Source of the DNA: Candidatus Fraserbacteria bacterium
GTDB taxonomy: Bacteria > Bipolaricaulota > Bipolaricaulia > RBG-16-55-9
Assembly: GCA_037442925.1 (NCBI GenBank)
Contig: JBBIPG010000030.1
Span: forward strand, 1-28,021
Length of the DNA stretch: 28,021 nt
Reading direction: 5' to 3'
Part shown: in pieces, positions 26,333 through 28,021 of the stretch
How positions within the stretch are numbered: the stretch's first letter is position 1
How the letters are laid out: each line of letters begins with the position of its first letter
Position numbers and translations under genes: made by a program
Notes under the pieces: model-generated
Databases searched by the model: none
What the model saw: the letters and a program-made list of their open reading frames with translations, nothing else
What the model was told of the DNA's origin: nothing

Positions 26333-27925
26333 ATGTCGGCAAAACCTCGCTTTGTTGGGCTAGTCGCGTTGTTGGTCGGTCTGGTGGCGACGATGACATT
26401 TACCGCCTCAACTCAAGAGAATGTCATCATCGTCGGCACCACGGACGGCATTACGGCCCTGGACACAGCAGATTCCTATGATTACTGGACTTGGCACGTC
26501 TTCCAGAATACAGCCCAGGGCCTCGTCGAGCTGGCTCCGCGGCCGGATGGCACCCTAGCCATTGAGCCCAAGCTGGCTGAGAGCTGGACGGTCAGCGATG
26601 ACGGGACGGAATACACCTTCAAGCTCAGGCCCGGCATCAAGTTCTGGGACGGTGCAGACTTCAATGCCCAAGCGATGAAGTTCTCTATCGACCGCGCCCT
26701 AAGGCTGCGAGGACCTGCTGGCGGCGTCGATGTCATGTTGGCCGGTGTCGTGGGCACGGAAGTCGTGGACGACCTCACGTTCAAGATGATACTCGATGGA
26801 CCCAGTGGCACCTTCCTCAGCCGCCTCACCCAGCCACCCGCCTACGCCGTCAGCCCCAAGTCCACTCCCGCAGACCGGCTGGCCGTGGATGGCTCCAGCG
26901 ATATTCTCTATGCGGGCACCGGTCCCTACAAGTTGGCGGACTACGAGGCGGACGTGCGCACGGTCTACGAGTCCTTCCCTGGGTATTGGAACACGGCGGA
27001 CGCCCCACGCACAGCCAAGGTCATCACCCAGTTCTTCAACCCCGGTGCGGCCGCTCAGCTAGCGGCTGCGTTGCGCGCTGGTGACATCGACGTGGCTTTC
27101 CACACGCTCAATCCCGAAGATGTGCTCTCCCTCAAGAACGACCCCAACGTCAAGGTCCTGGACGAGGTGCCCAGCCTCAACATCCGCTACATGGTCCTCA
27201 ACGTGACCCGCGAGCCCTTTGATGACGTTCGCGTGCGCAAAGCCATCGCGCTCGCCGTAGATCGCCAGGAAATCGTGGACAAGGTCTTCTTCGGGATCAA
27301 CCAACCGTTATACAGCATGGTGCCTCCGGGGTTCTCTTCACACATTGATGCCTTCCCAGAGCGCGATCTGGCACAAGCCCAAGCGCTCATGCAAGAATAT
27401 GCGCAAGCGACAGGCAAGTCACTGCCCTTGCGGATTAAGATGACAGCTACCACGCGATACGGAGACACGGAGCGGGATGTGGCCGTCGTGGTGGCTCGCG
27501 CGTTAGAGGAGACCGGTGCGTTTCGAGTCGAGCTCGAGATTCTCGAGCGCGTGACGTTCTTCGATCGGCTGGATCAGGGCCAGCTGGACTTCTTCCTGCT
27601 GGGGTGGTTCCCGGACTTCATTGACGCGGACAACTTCCTGGCGCCGTGGCTGCTGGATGCGCCCAAGGCGTTGGGGACCTTCTTCGATGAGCACCCGGCG
27701 TTCCCGACGTATAAGGCGCTCTTTGAGCAGGAGCGCACCTCCAGCAATCAAGCGTTTCGCGACATGATGTTCCGGTTCTTGCAAACGGCGACCGCACAGG
27801 ACGTACCCCTCATCCCGCTGTGGGTGAACACGCTGCAGAACATTGCGGCCACTCGCGCCAACATCAGTGGTGTGGAGATCGATGCGTCCGCAACGTTCCG
27901 CACCTGGAAGATGGAGAAGAAGTAA
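26333..27925 (+). CDS. Peptide ABC transporter substrate-binding protein (SBP family 5, DppA/OppA-like)
   Basis: P.LAESWTVSDDG.EYTFKLRPGIKF.DG, GTGPYKL, PFDDVRVRKAI..AVDR, GW.PDF.DAD, P.IPLW. Confidence 0.93.
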   Translation: MSAKPRFVGLVALLVGLVATMTFTASTQENVIIVGTTDGITALDTADSYDYWTWHVFQNTAQGLVELAPRPDGTLAIEPKLAESWTVSDDGTEYTFKLRPGIKFWDGADFNAQAMKFSIDRALRLRGPAGGVDVMLAGVVGTEVVDDLTFKMILDGPSGTFLSRLTQPPAYAVSPKSTPADRLAVDGSSDILYAGTGPYKLADYEADVRTVYESFPGYWNTADAPRTAKVITQFFNPGAAAQLAAALRAGDIDVAFHTLNPEDVLSLKNDPNVKVLDEVPSLNIRYMVLNVTREPFDDVRVRKAIALAVDRQEIVDKVFFGINQPLYSMVPPGFSSHIDAFPERDLAQAQALMQEYAQATGKSLPLRIKMTATTRYGDTERDVAVVVARALEETGAFRVELEILERVTFFDRLDQGQLDFFLLGWFPDFIDADNFLAPWLLDAPKALGTFFDEHPAFPTYKALFEQERTSSNQAFRDMMFRFLQTATAQDVPLIPLWVNTLQNIAATRANISGVEIDASATFRTWKMEKK

Positions 27926-27953
27926 CCCAGTAGCAAGCTAGGACGCTAAGGTC

Positions 27954-27992
27954 GGGGGCAAGTGCATTGCCGCTTGCCCCCTTCTCTTTCTT
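27954..27992 (+). terminator. Intrinsic terminator after the SBP gene
   Basis: Hairpin GGGGGCAAGTG-cattgc-CGCTTGCCCCC followed by TTCTCTTTCTT. Confidence 0.75.
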
Positions 27993-28021
27993 ACCCCTTG
28001 CTGGAAAATTCACCCCACTTG

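Noticed and set aside
1..28021. CRISPR array, rRNA/tRNA genes, transposases, prophage genes
   Set aside because: I saw no regularly spaced repeats, RNA-gene signatures, or mobile-element or phage protein motifs.

Overview
Bacterial chromosomal window, GC roughly 55-60% by spot counts. Positions 7.86-28.0 kb are mostly housekeeping: HD-domain dNTPase-like protein, icd, MBL-fold hydrolase, a probable promoter-driven rod-shaped ncRNA (6S-like), tnaA, SPFH/slipin protein, tpiA, mutM, a GH30 gene remnant, a CIRCE-controlled hrcA-grpE-dnaK-dnaJ operon, a BadH-like SDR, a RimK-like ATP-grasp gene preceded by an unannotated Cys-containing leader peptide, a DUF3179 protein and peptide ABC transporter genes. 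Positions 1-7.8 kb hold an accessory minus-strand locus behind one near-consensus sigma70 promoter. It contains an intact 819-aa lipoprotein coupled to a secreted beta-helix protein, then a 5'-truncated, disrupted paralogue of the lipoprotein followed by a secreted PQQ-type beta-propeller, then a further secreted protein running off the window edge. The two paralogues share a DNA homology arm, a Cys-bounded hydrophobic hairpin and a C-terminal domain resembling a degenerate PD-(D/E)xK (YraN-like) fold. This layout resembles a polymorphic effector/partner array with an orphan cassette, but I cannot assign it to a known family. No CRISPR array, rRNA, tRNA or transposase was seen. All family calls come from motif recognition by eye; no searches were run.
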